This document shows positions 1-10,837 of a DNA stretch of 64,000 nt, one piece after another; position 1 is the first letter of the stretch; each line of letters opens with the position of its first letter. The stretch lies in NCBI GenBank assembly GCA_964580065.1, contig CAZOJE010000002.1, positions 66,978-130,977 of the forward strand. The letters are read 5' to 3'. A program made the position numbers and the translations under genes. The DNA is from an uncultured Candidatus Saccharibacteria bacterium (GTDB lineage Bacteria > Patescibacteriota > UBA1384 > DTJR01). Under the pieces are notes generated by a model that saw nothing but the letters and a program-made list of their open reading frames with translations, did no database searches and had not been told where the DNA came from.

Positions 1-94
1 GTTCTTCAACCTCAAAATCTTCTTTCGAAGATTCGGTTGGCTCGGACGGTTCGTAATCTTTTTCGGGGTGAATTATATCAAGTGATTTTGGCAT
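1..94 (-). CDS. Partial hypothetical protein, N-terminal 31 codons only; the gene runs off the window start
   Basis: Reverse-strand ATG (complement of 92-94) gives MPKSLDIIHPEKDYEPSEPTESSKEDFEVEE..., open to the window edge. No recognisable family. Confidence 0.2.
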   Translation of the reverse strand, partial: MPKSLDIIHPEKDYEPSEPTESSKEDFEVEE

Positions 95-123
95 TAACTA
101 TATTATACAAAATCAATTACATT

Positions 124-753
124 TTATGCAAATTTTCTGATCACCCCTTTTACTCTTCCCTGAACAAGGGCTTTTTTGGTATAAATCGGCTTGTAGCTTT
201 TATTAGCCGGTTGAAGACGAATCCGTCTGTTTTCGCGATAAAATCGTTTAAGAGTTACGTTATCTTGATCGAGCAGGGCAACAACAATTTCACCATTTTT
301 AGGATTATTGGTTTTTTCGATAATAACGTAATCGCCCTCGAGAATTCCGTCATCAATCATCGAATCGCCGATGACTTTTAAAGCAAAAACGTTTGGCCCC
401 ATCATATCGCGAGGAATATCAATCGTTTCGTTAGTCCGAATTGCTTCAATGGGTTTTCCGGCGGCAATCGTGCCAACCAGAGGAATCTCAAAAGACGCTT
501 CGTCCCAAGTTGGGGTTAACTGCAAAGAACGAGCGCAAGAGGAGTCTTTTTTGAGATAACCTTTCTGTTGCAAAATATTAATATATTCCGCCACTGTTGC
601 GACCGAAGAAAAATTCAACTCTCGAGCGATTTCGCGGTAGCTGGGGGCATACTCGTTATCTTCAATAAAATTCTTTACAAAGTTAAAGATCTCGAGTTGT
701 TTCTTGGTTAAGGGCGAGATGTTTTGTCTCATTAAAGTAAGCTTACCAAACAA
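124..753 (-). CDS. lexA: LexA transcriptional repressor (S24 peptidase)
   Basis: N-terminal wHTH (LTKKQLEIFNFVKNFI...YAPSYREIA) and a C-terminal S24 autopeptidase domain with the GDSM motif (KVIGDSMIDDGI). The true start is probably the internal Met near 732. Confidence 0.85.
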   Translation of the reverse strand: MFGKLTLMRQNISPLTKKQLEIFNFVKNFIEDNEYAPSYREIARELNFSSVATVAEYINILQQKGYLKKDSSCARSLQLTPTWDEASFEIPLVGTIAAGKPIEAIRTNETIDIPRDMMGPNVFALKVIGDSMIDDGILEGDYVIIEKTNNPKNGEIVVALLDQDNVTLKRFYRENRRIRLQPANKSYKPIYTKKALVQGRVKGVIRKFA

Positions 754-782
754 AGACCGAACGTGTCAAGAGCTCAAAAAAA

Positions 783-2297
783 CTATTTGACGTATCTTTT
801 GATGCGAGAACGGGCGGATTGCGATTTGACAAATTTTAGCCAGTCTACTTTGGGCTTGGCTGATTTTCGTTTGATAATTTCTACAATATCGCCATTTTGC
901 AAAGCCGTGTCCAAGGAAGCAATCCTGCCGTTAACGATGGCGCCAGCACAATTATCACCAAGATCGCTGTGAACGCTATAAGCAAAATCAACCGGTGTGG
1001 CATCTTTGGGCAAATCCTTAACATCACCAACAGGAGTAAAAACAAAAATTCTGTCGCCAAAAATGTCCATTCTAAATGAATTGCCTAGTTCCTCAAGATC
1101 AGTGTATTTTTGGTTTTGGGAAAATTCCTTAATCCATTTTAATTGATCTTTGTTGGCCCTTTCTGAAGTGGAAGTTTTATAAACCCAATGGCTGGCAATA
1201 CCAAACTTAGCACTATGGTCCATTTCCTTCGTTCTGATTTGAAATTCAACAATGCGTCCTTCGTCGCAGAAAACAGTTGTGTGTAGCGATTGGTAGCCGT
1301 TAGGTTTTGGCAAGGCGATATAATCTTTAATTCTGCCCGGCAATGGTTTCCAAATACTATGAATAATACCCAAAACAGCGTAGCACTCCTCTAATGTGTC
1401 AACGACGACGCGCAAAGCAACAAGATCATAAATTTTAGTGATGTCATTATCATACTTTTTAAGCTTTTTGTGGAGGGAATACCACTGCTTCGCTCTAAAA
1501 CTAATTTCATTAGAAATATTATTTTTTTTCAAAATGCTTTCGAGCTTGTTTTGAATTTTTTTCAAATATTTCTCCCTTACTTTAATCTCGGGAATCGCCA
1601 GCTCGCGAAGTTCTTTATATTTTTCCGGCGATGCCATGGGGAAAGCCAGGTTTTCGATTTCCGCTTGCCACTTGGCAATTCCAAGTCGTTCAGCAATGGG
1701 CGCAAAAATTTCTAACGCTTCCTTGGCAATTCGTTCGCGCTTTTCAATTGGAAGATATTCCAGCGTTTCGAGATTATGGATCTTATCAGAAAGTTTAATC
1801 AAAATTACACGTATGTCTTTCGACATAGCCAAAAGCATTTTGCGCAACGTTTCAACTTGCCGCTCATATTCAGGGATTTCTTCTTTTTGGATTTTGATAG
1901 TTGGAAACCACGATTTTTTAATCCTAACAGAAGAAAGCTTGGTGACCGACTCGACAAGATTCGCGACATCACCGCCGAATTGCTTTCGAATCTCCTGAAA
2001 TACCATGGGCGTGTCTTCTAGTGTATCGTGTAAAATCGCCGCGACAATGGCGTCTTTATCGAGCATGAGATTGGTCAATCTGATGGCTGTATACAAAGGG
2101 TGAATAATAAATGGCTCACCTGAAGCCCTTTTTGATTCACTGTGAGCTTTTTCGGCCACTCCGATAGCTTTTTCTACTACAGCAATATCAGCTTTACTCA
2201 AATAAGATAATTTGTTGAGAAGTTCTTTTTTAAGATCTTGAGGTAATAAATTTTTCTTCATCAAAGTCGATCGTAATAATTTTTGCTTTTTTTTCAC
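783..2297 (-). CDS. rel: Short bifunctional (p)ppGpp synthetase/hydrolase (RelA/SpoT homolog with HD, synthetase and TGS domains, no ACT domain)
   Basis: HD motif AILHDTLEDT, RelA/SpoT synthetase motif (KPNGYQSLHTTV) and a TGS domain (VFTPVGDV...). The protein ends after TGS at about 500 aa. The likely start is near 2261 (MKKNLLPQD). Confidence 0.8.
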   Translation of the reverse strand: MKKKQKLLRSTLMKKNLLPQDLKKELLNKLSYLSKADIAVVEKAIGVAEKAHSESKRASGEPFIIHPLYTAIRLTNLMLDKDAIVAAILHDTLEDTPMVFQEIRKQFGGDVANLVESVTKLSSVRIKKSWFPTIKIQKEEIPEYERQVETLRKMLLAMSKDIRVILIKLSDKIHNLETLEYLPIEKRERIAKEALEIFAPIAERLGIAKWQAEIENLAFPMASPEKYKELRELAIPEIKVREKYLKKIQNKLESILKKNNISNEISFRAKQWYSLHKKLKKYDNDITKIYDLVALRVVVDTLEECYAVLGIIHSIWKPLPGRIKDYIALPKPNGYQSLHTTVFCDEGRIVEFQIRTKEMDHSAKFGIASHWVYKTSTSERANKDQLKWIKEFSQNQKYTDLEELGNSFRMDIFGDRIFVFTPVGDVKDLPKDATPVDFAYSVHSDLGDNCAGAIVNGRIASLDTALQNGDIVEIIKRKSAKPKVDWLKFVKSQSARSRIKRYVK

Positions 2298-4773
2298 TGG
2301 AAAGAATTTCTTTAGAAATTTCGTTTTCTATTTCGGTTTCTATCAGACGTTTTAAAGGCCTGGCGCCGTATAATTTATCATATCCCATTTTGGAAAGAGC
2401 TTTAATAACTGCTGGCGTATAATTCAGCTGAATTCCCTTTTCCTTGAGACGGCTTTTAAGTTCATCGAGTTTTATTTTTGCAATTTTTTCCAAATCTTTA
2501 GATTTTAGCGGATCGAAAACTATGACCTTATCAAGTCGATTCAAAAGTTCTGGCCGAAAAATATCGGCTAGTTTAGAACCGATGACTTCTTTGATTTGCT
2601 GGCCCGATTCTTCAACATTTTTACTTAAATCAAAACCAATTTTTCGAATTTGGTCATATTCTTCTATGCCGATATTGGTTGTCAAAATAACAATTGTGTT
2701 TTTAAAGTCTACCTCCCGACCTTTTGCATCAGTCAGATGGCCTTCGTCCATAATTTGCAATAAAATATTAAAAATGTCGGGATGGGCTTTCTCTATTTCG
2801 TCAAACAAAACCACAGAATAAGGATTTTTGCGCACCGCTTCGGTTAATTTGCCGGCTTCTTCGTAACCGACATAACCCGGGGGCGCACCAGTCAATCGGG
2901 CAACGGTGTGGCGCTCGGAAAATTCGCTCAAATCAATTTTGATCAAAGCGTCATTTGAGCCAAAAATCTTTTTTGCAATCACTTTGGCTAATTCTGTTTT
3001 ACCCACACCGCTTGGACCCATAAAAACAAAACAGCCGATGGGCCGATCAAGGGCGCCAATGCCAGCCCGCGTGCGGCGCAAAGCGTTTGACACTTCCTTT
3101 ACGGCCTCTTCTTGTCCAATGATGTAACGGGACAGCTCTTGCTCTAAATTAAGAAACTTTTTTGACTCCTCTGTGTCAATTTCGCCTACCGGCACACCTG
3201 TTATTTTTGAAATCAAACCGGCAATATCATTTTTCTTTAAAATAATTTTTTTGCCCGATTCACTTATTTTTTTCTCAATAAGCTTTTCTTTGGCTCTTAA
3301 TTTTGCCTCTTGATCTCGAACCTTAGCGGCATCTTCAAATTTTTCCTGGTCAATTAAGCGATCTTTGATTGCGATGACCGAGTTTAGTTTTTGCTGAATC
3401 TTGTCTCGCTCTTGACTCAAGTCGTTTTTCGGCACATAAGCTACTAAACCGGCCGCCGCTTCGTCAATTAAATCTATGGCTTTGTCGGGTAAAAATCGAT
3501 CTTTAATATATCTGGCCGATAATTGCGCGGCGGCCAAAATGGCCTCATCAGAAATTTCAATACCGTGATGCTTTTCGTAAACTGCCTTCAACCCTTTTAG
3601 AATTTTAATCGTTTCCTCTACTGTCGGTTCGGAAACCTGAATCGGCTGCAATCTTCTCTCCAAGGCCTGATCTTTTTCGATGTGTTTACGATATTCGTCG
3701 TAAGTTGTGGCACCGATTAATCTGATTTCACCGCGGCTTAAAGCCGGCTTTAAAATATTTGCGGCATCCATTGACCCTTCGGCCGCACCGGCACCGACGA
3801 TGGTGTGCAATTCATCTATAAATAAAATAATATTTTTATCCTTAATACATTCCTGAATCACTCTTTTCAAACGGTCTTCAAATTGGCCGCGGTACATTGT
3901 TCCGGCAATCAAAAGGCCAAGATCAAGTTGAATAACTTTTTTTCCTGATAGTTTTTCTGGCGCCTGGCCTGAAGCAATACGACTAGCAATCCCTTCTACC
4001 ACCGCCGTTTTACCTACGCCCGGATCGCCGATAAAAATCGGATTATTTTTAGTACGGCGGAGAAGGATTTGAATTGCACGCTCAACCTCAACTTCACGGC
4101 CGATCACTGGATCAAGCTTCTTTTCTTTGGCTTTTTTGGTCAGGTCAATACCAAAATATTCAAGCAGAGATTTTTTTGCTTCGCGAGGCAATGGCGGCTT
4201 GGTTGCTCCCACCGCGCCTAACGGTTCGCCTGTTATATCTTCTTCAGCAAAACCGCCTTCTGGTACCGGTGGGATTGGTGGCATTTTTTGGCGAGAAAGC
4301 ATTTCATTCATTTCGGCCAAATCATTAAAAATCCCCAAAATTTGATTTTTTATTTGTTCAGGGTTAATGCCAACCTGTTCGACGCAAAGATAGCTGCCAA
4401 ATTTTTTGTCTGATAAAACAGCAATCAGCAAATGTTCTGTGTCAACATTATAATGACCGTAGTCGGCTGAAATCCGGAAAGAAATCTTGAGACATTCACG
4501 AGCGTTATCTGTCATATTGGTACCGTATTTCACTTTTGAGACAAGATGATTTTTTTTCAAACTCAAAACAAGCCGTACCTGGTCGTAAGTTACGGAATAC
4601 TCACGCAAAATATCATGGGCGAGAGTGCCGGGCACTTGGATTAGAGCAAGCAGGATATATTCGGTCGAAATGGGTTTTTTGTCAGACTCGGCAATCTTCT
4701 GCGATTCCTCGAGAACTATTTTTGCGTTTTGAGAAAATTTATCTAAGATATCTTTCTCATCCATCTTACCCAC
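2230..4773 (-). CDS. clpC: ATP-dependent Clp protease ATP-binding subunit ClpC-type AAA+ chaperone
   Basis: Clp_N repeats, two AAA+ modules with Walker A ([13 protein letters not shown] and [12 protein letters not shown]) and a short UVR-like middle domain. Confidence 0.9.
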   Translation of the reverse strand: MGKMDEKDILDKFSQNAKIVLEESQKIAESDKKPISTEYILLALIQVPGTLAHDILREYSVTYDQVRLVLSLKKNHLVSKVKYGTNMTDNARECLKISFRISADYGHYNVDTEHLLIAVLSDKKFGSYLCVEQVGINPEQIKNQILGIFNDLAEMNEMLSRQKMPPIPPVPEGGFAEEDITGEPLGAVGATKPPLPREAKKSLLEYFGIDLTKKAKEKKLDPVIGREVEVERAIQILLRRTKNNPIFIGDPGVGKTAVVEGIASRIASGQAPEKLSGKKVIQLDLGLLIAGTMYRGQFEDRLKRVIQECIKDKNIILFIDELHTIVGAGAAEGSMDAANILKPALSRGEIRLIGATTYDEYRKHIEKDQALERRLQPIQVSEPTVEETIKILKGLKAVYEKHHGIEISDEAILAAAQLSARYIKDRFLPDKAIDLIDEAAAGLVAYVPKNDLSQERDKIQQKLNSVIAIKDRLIDQEKFEDAAKVRDQEAKLRAKEKLIEKKISESGKKIILKKNDIAGLISKITGVPVGEIDTEESKKFLNLEQELSRYIIGQEEAVKEVSNALRRTRAGIGALDRPIGCFVFMGPSGVGKTELAKVIAKKIFGSNDALIKIDLSEFSERHTVARLTGAPPGYVGYEEAGKLTEAVRKNPYSVVLFDEIEKAHPDIFNILLQIMDEGHLTDAKGREVDFKNTIVILTTNIGIEEYDQIRKIGFDLSKNVEESGQQIKEVIGSKLADIFRPELLNRLDKVIVFDPLKSKDLEKIAKIKLDELKSRLKEKGIQLNYTPAVIKALSKMGYDKLYGARPLKRLIETEIENEISKEILSSEKKAKIITIDFDEEKFITSRS

Positions 4774-5946
4774 TTATTTTTTCTTTTTCTTAGACTTGGC
4801 CTTGCCTGTCTCTTTAGTCTCCTCGTTTGATTTTTCTTCTGGCAAAGATTCTTCCGAAGATTCTTGTTTCTCTTCTTCGATTAATTCGGCTGATTTCTCG
4901 GTCTTATTGTCTTTGACAATATCGAGAGTCCAGCCAGTTAGTTTACTGGCTAAGCGGACATTCTGGCCGCCCCGACCAATAGCTAAAGAAAGCTGATCAT
5001 CAGGAACCCAAATTTTAGCAGAATTTTCTTTGTTATTGAATTTTATCTTGTCGATTTTAGCCGGAGAAAGAGCATTTTTGACTAACTGCTCCATATCATC
5101 ATCATAAAGAATGATATCGATTTTTTCATTTGGCAATTCAGTCAAGATGGCTTGAACTCTTGTACCGCGTTGTCCAACCACCGACCCAACCGCATCCAAG
5201 CTTTCGTCGTTCGATCGAACGGCTAGCTTCGTTCGTGAACCGGCCTCGCGGGCAATGCTAACAATTTCGATAGAACCGGATTCAATTTCCGGAACTTCTT
5301 GGGCAAATAAACCCTTAATGAACTCTGTTCGCGATCGTGAAACTAGAATACGTGGTCCTTTGTTAGTTTCTTCGACCTCGCTAACATAAACTTTCAAGCG
5401 CTGACCAGTATAATATCTTTCACCTTGAATTTGGTCGTTGGAAAGCATGATGCCGTTAATTTTGCCTAAATCGACGATAACATTTGGCCCTTCAAGCCGT
5501 TGAATGACACCGTTGACAATTTTATTTTCTCTACCCTTAAATTCTTCATAAAGCATTTCGCGTTCGGCTTCGCGAAGCTTTTGAATAATAACTTGTTTGG
5601 CGGTTTGAGCGGCAACGCGGCCAAAATCAGATTGTTCTTCTAGTTCCTCAAGAATCTCGTCGCCGGCTTGAATATCTTTCTTCTTTTTTCGGGCCTCAGT
5701 AATCGAAACTTGTGCTTCAGGGTTGGCGATTTCCTCGTCTTCTCCCATTACAGTGAAAACGCGCCAGACTTTCATTGAGTTAGAAGCGGGGTCTAATTTA
5801 ATTTTAATCGCTTGACCCGGTCGACCATAATCTTTGCGGTAAGCCGCAGCAAGGGCGGACTCGACAGCACTAAAAACAATTTCTTCGGGTAAATTTTTTT
5901 CGTCAGAGAGTTGTTTTATGACGGATAAAAACTCTGATATTTGCAT
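4774..5946 (-). CDS. nusA: Transcription termination/antitermination factor NusA with a lysine-rich C-terminal tail
   Basis: NusA N-terminal domain (FLSVIKQLSDEKNLPEEIVFSAVESAL), S1 and KH regions. The protein ends in KAKSKKKKK. Confidence 0.9.
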   Translation of the reverse strand: MQISEFLSVIKQLSDEKNLPEEIVFSAVESALAAAYRKDYGRPGQAIKIKLDPASNSMKVWRVFTVMGEDEEIANPEAQVSITEARKKKKDIQAGDEILEELEEQSDFGRVAAQTAKQVIIQKLREAEREMLYEEFKGRENKIVNGVIQRLEGPNVIVDLGKINGIMLSNDQIQGERYYTGQRLKVYVSEVEETNKGPRILVSRSRTEFIKGLFAQEVPEIESGSIEIVSIAREAGSRTKLAVRSNDESLDAVGSVVGQRGTRVQAILTELPNEKIDIILYDDDMEQLVKNALSPAKIDKIKFNNKENSAKIWVPDDQLSLAIGRGGQNVRLASKLTGWTLDIVKDNKTEKSAELIEEEKQESSEESLPEEKSNEETKETGKAKSKKKKK

Positions 5947-6013
5947 TTTGCTCCTTATATTGGTTAAATTTACAAATTAAAGCGGCCATAGCCGCTTCAT
6001 TAAATAATCTAGC

Positions 6014-6766
6014 TTATTTTCTGCTAAAAGTCAACCTCTTTACCCCCTGTCCGACCACCCTAAAGGGAAAAATAATAACGGCCGAAAATATTCTCTTGTA
6101 ACGCCTCGGTTCTATGACTAAACGATAAAGCCATTCCAGCCCCAGCGATTGCGCAACTTTTGGCGCGCGTGGGAGTGTTTTAGAGATAAAATCCAGCGTT
6201 CCACCCAAACCAATAAATATATTTGCCCCAACATCGGCAATATTGTTTGCGATCCACTTTTCTTGTTTTGGCGCCCCCAAACAAACAAAAACAATCTCGG
6301 CGCCAGAGCCATTAATAAGCTTTGTGATTTCGGGATTTTTTTCTTGAGATATAATGGCGCCGTCATACCACCCTGCAATTTTTAAATCAGGATAAATCTT
6401 TTTAAGTTCATCGCGCGATTTTTCGCCTACGCCACTTCGACCACCTAAAAAATAAATTGATTTATTGTTTTTTTGAGCAATTCGACAGAGGTCAAAAACA
6501 AAATTCGCTCCTTGGATACGCTCAATTTTTTCCCGCCCCAACAAACGAGCGGCTGTTGCTACGCCGACGCTGTCAGCCAGTTTTATATCAAATTCATTTA
6601 TTATTTTTCGATAATCGCTATGGGTATGAGCGTAATTGGCAATTTCATTGTTAATAGTAGCGATTTTTATTTTTGTGTTGCTTATTAGAGCGTCTTCAAC
6701 GGACTGAATTAGTTGATTGCGATTAAAACAGTTTATTTGAACGCCAAGAACGTCAATATTTTTCAT
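6014..6766 (-). CDS. WecG/TagA/CpsF-family glycosyltransferase (GT26)
   Basis: About 250 aa with the C-terminal GT26 signature (GGTLDF...RAPK...GLEWLYRLVIEPRRYKR). Confidence 0.8.
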   Translation of the reverse strand: MKNIDVLGVQINCFNRNQLIQSVEDALISNTKIKIATINNEIANYAHTHSDYRKIINEFDIKLADSVGVATAARLLGREKIERIQGANFVFDLCRIAQKNNKSIYFLGGRSGVGEKSRDELKKIYPDLKIAGWYDGAIISQEKNPEITKLINGSGAEIVFVCLGAPKQEKWIANNIADVGANIFIGLGGTLDFISKTLPRAPKVAQSLGLEWLYRLVIEPRRYKRIFSAVIIFPFRVVGQGVKRLTFSRK

Positions 6767-7428
6767 CTGATTAAAGCCCGATAAACTTTTCCGCCATTTT
6801 CATAAATTACTGATTTACCGGAATTAACAAAAACAACCGGTGTATCAGAATCTTTATCAAGAATTTCGGTTAAATTAGTCCCGTTAGTGTCCATTATTTT
6901 AAGCTTTTTGTTTTGCGTAAAAGCAATATAGCGAGTTGAATAACGGCATAAGCCCGTTACTTTGTCCGAAAATCTGGTGATTAAGGTGTCGTCTTGGTAA
7001 ATTTCACCGTTAGAATTAACTAAATTGTAAACGTCAGCCATTTCCGTAATAGATTGAGTTGAGTCTTTCAGGGCGTATTCTTCAATTTTTGGCTGCATTG
7101 AGAACAAAACGATATCGGAAATTACTTCGGCTTGTCCGGCAATCAAATTAACGCTTTTTTGCCACGAATGGTAGCCCTCTTTTTTGACTTCTACATTATA
7201 TAAATCAGCTTTAAGCCCCCTTTTGACAACGTGGCCGTTGCCAGAAAGTTCATCATCAATGTATATTTGAGCGTCAGCATCACGAGATTGAATCTCCAGA
7301 GTTGAAGTCGGTAGCAAACTTTTATTGGTTAGGTCTATTCGATAGCCAGCGGCATAAATTACAATTAAGCCGGCGGCAAGACAAAAAAGAACCACTGACG
7401 AGATATAACTAAATATTTTGTAAATCAT
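6763..7428 (-). CDS. Membrane-anchored PEGA-domain protein
   Basis: N-terminal transmembrane helix followed by a PEGA-like beta domain (VEVKKEGYHSWQKSVNL). Confidence 0.55.
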   Translation of the reverse strand: MIYKIFSYISSVVLFCLAAGLIVIYAAGYRIDLTNKSLLPTSTLEIQSRDADAQIYIDDELSGNGHVVKRGLKADLYNVEVKKEGYHSWQKSVNLIAGQAEVISDIVLFSMQPKIEEYALKDSTQSITEMADVYNLVNSNGEIYQDDTLITRFSDKVTGLCRYSTRYIAFTQNKKLKIMDTNGTNLTEILDKDSDTPVVFVNSGKSVIYENGGKVYRALIR

Positions 7429-7434
7429 TTTTTA

Positions 7435-7480
7435 TTGCTAAATGTTATTTTTCAAGATAAATTATACTATTGTGGAGGAT
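7435..7480 (+). promoter_or_regulatory. Putative murA promoter: TTGCTA (-35), 17 nt spacer, TAAATT (-10), GGAGG RBS
   Basis: Seen in sequence at 7435-7478 in the divergent intergenic region between the PEGA gene and murA. A weak by-eye call. Confidence 0.25.
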
Positions 7481-7482
7481 AT

Positions 7483-8736
7483 ATGGCTAGATTAAAAATA
7501 TATGGGAAAACAAAACTTTGCGGAAGAGTAAAAATCAGCGGGGCCAAAAACGAAGCCCTTAAAGCAATCCCGCTGACTGTTATTTTGAAAAACAAAGTTA
7601 GAATTTGCAATGCCCCGAATATTATTGATGTTGTCAATCAAGCAAAAATTCTCGAATCTCTTGGCGCAAAAATAAGCTTTGCCGACAATGTAATTTCGGT
7701 TGATCCAACTTTAATTACCCGTCACGACATCACTTCAACTTGCGCCGGAAAATTACGGGCTTCGATTGTTTTTGCCGGTCCCCTTTTGGCAAGATTTGGC
7801 GAAGTAAGCTTGCCTTACCCGGGTGGCTGTTTGATTGGAGCCAGACCAATAGACACTCATTTAAACGCTTTTCGTCAAGTAGGTGCCAAAATAAAGGAAA
7901 ATAAAGATGTTTTCTCAATTTGTTTAGCCAATCCAACTAACAGCAATGTAATTTTGCAAGAAAAAAGTGTGACAGCCACCGAAAATATTGTTTTATACGC
8001 CGCCGGTGTACCAGTAAAAACTAAAATCGAAAATTGTGCGATCGAGCCGGAAATAACCGATCTTTTGCACCAACTTGTCAAAGCCGGCTGTCGGATAAAA
8101 GGTATCGGTGAAAGGTCTATCGAAATAATCGGCTCAAAAGACTTATCTTTAGATGAGTTCACTGTAATGCCAGACAGAATTGAAGCTGGTACATTTGCCG
8201 CCGCCTTTATTTCTACTGGCGGACAAGGTGAAATTTCTCCTTTTCCTGCGGAAAGTTTAACCTCATTTTTGGATATATTAGAAGACTGCGGCGCGAAGAT
8301 TAAAATTAAAGATGACACAGCCATCGTTAGCGGCGGCGGCAAATTAAAACCCTTCAAAATCTCTACTGCGCCATATCCGGATTTTCCTACCGACCTGCAA
8401 TCGCCGATGTCTTTAATTGCCGCTTGCGCCGAAGGCGAATCAATAATTATTGAAAATATGTTTGAGAATCGCCTTTTTTATTTAAATGAATTAAAGAAAA
8501 TGGGGCTTAAAGCAGAAATCCTAGACCCCCACACAGCTAAAATTAACGGCGGGGCGAATCTTAAGCCAACAACTATCGAATCTCTAGATTTACGATCGGG
8601 AATTACCTTACTAATTGCCGCTATCATGACCGAGGGAACGACAATCATTGAAAATGCCCAAATTATTGATCGTGGTTACGAAAAAATTGAAGAAAAATTA
8701 AAAGCTTTGGGGGCAAAAATTGAAAGGATTGACTAA
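7483..8736 (+). CDS. murA: UDP-N-acetylglucosamine 1-carboxyvinyltransferase
   Basis: EPSP-synthase-fold signature (KISGAKNEALK..., active-site Cys region PYPGGCLIG). The start is taken at MARLKIYG, preceded by GGAGG. Confidence 0.9.
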   Translation: MARLKIYGKTKLCGRVKISGAKNEALKAIPLTVILKNKVRICNAPNIIDVVNQAKILESLGAKISFADNVISVDPTLITRHDITSTCAGKLRASIVFAGPLLARFGEVSLPYPGGCLIGARPIDTHLNAFRQVGAKIKENKDVFSICLANPTNSNVILQEKSVTATENIVLYAAGVPVKTKIENCAIEPEITDLLHQLVKAGCRIKGIGERSIEIIGSKDLSLDEFTVMPDRIEAGTFAAAFISTGGQGEISPFPAESLTSFLDILEDCGAKIKIKDDTAIVSGGGKLKPFKISTAPYPDFPTDLQSPMSLIAACAEGESIIIENMFENRLFYLNELKKMGLKAEILDPHTAKINGGANLKPTTIESLDLRSGITLLIAAIMTEGTTIIENAQIIDRGYEKIEEKLKALGAKIERID

Positions 8737-9743
8737 TGGCACAGCAAATTGGAATTGATTTAGGTACTTCAAATATTAGGTTTTTTATTCCCAAACGAGG
8801 CATTGTTATTGATGAACCAAATGTTGTGGCTCTTTCAACCGCTAGCCAAAAAGTTATTTCCGTCGGCGAAGAAGCAAAATTGATGCTCGGGCGAACACCC
8901 GATTCGATTATCGCCTGTTATCCTTTAACCGGCGGCGTTATTGCCAGCTATAAAACAACCAAGCAAATGCTTAGTATTTACCTTGGAAAACTACTGGGGA
9001 AAGTCCGGCTTTTTAAGCCGGATATTCTTATAAATGTGCCGGTCGGCGCAACCTCAACAGAAAGAAAAGCTGTTTTTGATGCGGCGGAATCAGTTGGCGC
9101 TCGAAATGTTTATCTTGTTAAATCTCCTTTGGCTGCCGCCATCGGCGCCGGTATCGACATAGTTTCAAGCTCGGGAAATATGCTTATTGATATCGGTGGC
9201 GGCAAAACTGAAGTAGTCGTTATTTCTTTGGGAGATATTGTTTGCTCTAGTTCTGTCCGCTACGGCGGAGAAAAGATTGATGAAGCGGTTATTTCTTATA
9301 TCCGCAAAAAACATAATTTAGTTGTTGGGGCGCAAACGGCCGAAAAAATCAAAAAATCAATTGGTTCGGCCATGACCGCCAAATCCGATGCAAAAGAAGA
9401 AATTTCGGGTAGCAATACCATTTCGGGTTTGCCGGAAAGCATCATGGTTTCTTCTTCTGACATAGTTGCCGCTATTAAGCCAGTCCTTAATGAAATTATC
9501 TTATCGGTTAAGCAAGTTTTGCAAAAAACTCCGCCGGAACTTTCCAGCGATGTTATGGATAAAGGAATTTTAATGAGTGGCGGCGGGGCTAAATTAAACA
9601 AGTTTGACGATTTGCTAACTAAAATCAGTGGTGTCCCCTGTCAAGTTGCAGAAGAACCAGACCTGTGTACAATTAAAGGCATAGGAATAATTCTGGAAAA
9701 TTTTGAGAATTTTTCGGATTCATTAATATGGAAAAACAAATAA
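8736..9743 (+). CDS. mreB: Rod-shape-determining actin homolog MreB
   Basis: IGIDLGTSNI N-terminus and the actin/Hsp70 fold motifs (DIGGGKTEV). Confidence 0.9.
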   Translation: MAQQIGIDLGTSNIRFFIPKRGIVIDEPNVVALSTASQKVISVGEEAKLMLGRTPDSIIACYPLTGGVIASYKTTKQMLSIYLGKLLGKVRLFKPDILINVPVGATSTERKAVFDAAESVGARNVYLVKSPLAAAIGAGIDIVSSSGNMLIDIGGGKTEVVVISLGDIVCSSSVRYGGEKIDEAVISYIRKKHNLVVGAQTAEKIKKSIGSAMTAKSDAKEEISGSNTISGLPESIMVSSSDIVAAIKPVLNEIILSVKQVLQKTPPELSSDVMDKGILMSGGGAKLNKFDDLLTKISGVPCQVAEEPDLCTIKGIGIILENFENFSDSLIWKNK

Positions 9744-10837
9744 TTGGCGTTGACGCTTCTCGTTCAAATTCGACTCAGAAAACCGGAACCGAGTACTATT
9801 CTTACGAGTTAATCAGAAATCTAGCTAAGTTTGATAATGCTTTTTTTCGCTTATATTCAAAAGAACCGTTGGATTATTTACCAAAAAGTGACCATTGCGA
9901 AAACAAAGTGATGCAGTTTCCTCGGCTTTGGAGCCAGATTCGTTTAAGCTGGGAAATATTTCAAAATCCACCGGCCGTTTTGTTTGAACCAGCCCATACA
10001 ATCCCCCTTTACCATGGCAAAAAAACGGTCGTCACCTTGCACGATTTGGGTTTTAAACATTTTCCAGAGCTCTACACACCGCTAGAGCGAATTTACCACA
10101 GTTTTTGTATGGATTTTTCAACGCGACATGCTATAAAAATTATTGCTATTTCGCAGGCCACAAAGAAAGACCTCATTGATATTTATCATGTCGACGAGAA
10201 AAAGATCGAAGTTATTTATCATGGCTTTGACAAGGATAAATTTTATCCGGCTCAAAAACCGGCCGGCGAAAAAATCAAAGCTTTAATGCCATATATATTT
10301 TTTATCGGCCGGCTTGAGGCCAAGAAAAATATTGTAAATTTGATAAAATCTTACGGTTTATTGCGCCAAAACGATCAGATCAAAGAAAAATTAGTTTTAG
10401 CCGGCCGGCCTGGTTATTTGTATGAGGATATCAAAAAAGAAATCGACGCTCTCCCAGCCAAAATTCGCCAAGATGTTATTGAGCTTGGCTATGTGCCCGA
10501 TGAAGAAGTTGGCGATCTTTCGAGATATGCTTCGGTTTTTGCCTTTCCTAGTCGCTTTGAAGGATTTGGTATGCCGCTACTGGAGGAAATGGCTTGTGGC
10601 GTGCCGGTTGTCGCTTCAAATACCACCTCAATTCCCGAAATTGTGGGTGAAGCCGGACTTTTAAGCGATCCTGACGATGCAGAAAAATTTTCCTATAATC
10701 TCGAACAAGCCATTACAAATATCGACCTAAGAAAGAAAATTATTGAAAAAGGTCTTAAAAGATCCGCGGAATTTTCTTGGGAAAAATGCGCTCGAGAAAC
10801 TCTCAACCTAATCTTATCAGTAGCAAATAAACAATAG
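9728..10837 (+). CDS. GT4-family glycosyltransferase (group 1)
   Basis: C-terminal EGFGMPLLEEMACGVPVVASN motif typical of GT4 enzymes. Confidence 0.8.
   Translation: MEKQIIGVDASRSNSTQKTGTEYYSYELIRNLAKFDNAFFRLYSKEPLDYLPKSDHCENKVMQFPRLWSQIRLSWEIFQNPPAVLFEPAHTIPLYHGKKTVVTLHDLGFKHFPELYTPLERIYHSFCMDFSTRHAIKIIAISQATKKDLIDIYHVDEKKIEVIYHGFDKDKFYPAQKPAGEKIKALMPYIFFIGRLEAKKNIVNLIKSYGLLRQNDQIKEKLVLAGRPGYLYEDIKKEIDALPAKIRQDVIELGYVPDEEVGDLSRYASVFAFPSRFEGFGMPLLEEMACGVPVVASNTTSIPEIVGEAGLLSDPDDAEKFSYNLEQAITNIDLRKKIIEKGLKRSAEFSWEKCARETLNLILSVANKQ

Noticed and set aside
37-381. Plus-strand 114-aa ORF
   Set aside because: It is entirely antisense to the well-supported lexA gene and has no recognisable motifs. 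It is a chance open frame.
754-830. Search for a LexA operator (Cheo-type GAAC-N4-GTTC) upstream of lexA
   Set aside because: Only isolated GAAC half-sites are present (for example CGAACGTGTCAAG) and there is no palindrome. The operator consensus for this lineage is unknown, so no site is called. A TTGACA hexamer is present on the lexA strand, but no convincing -10 element.
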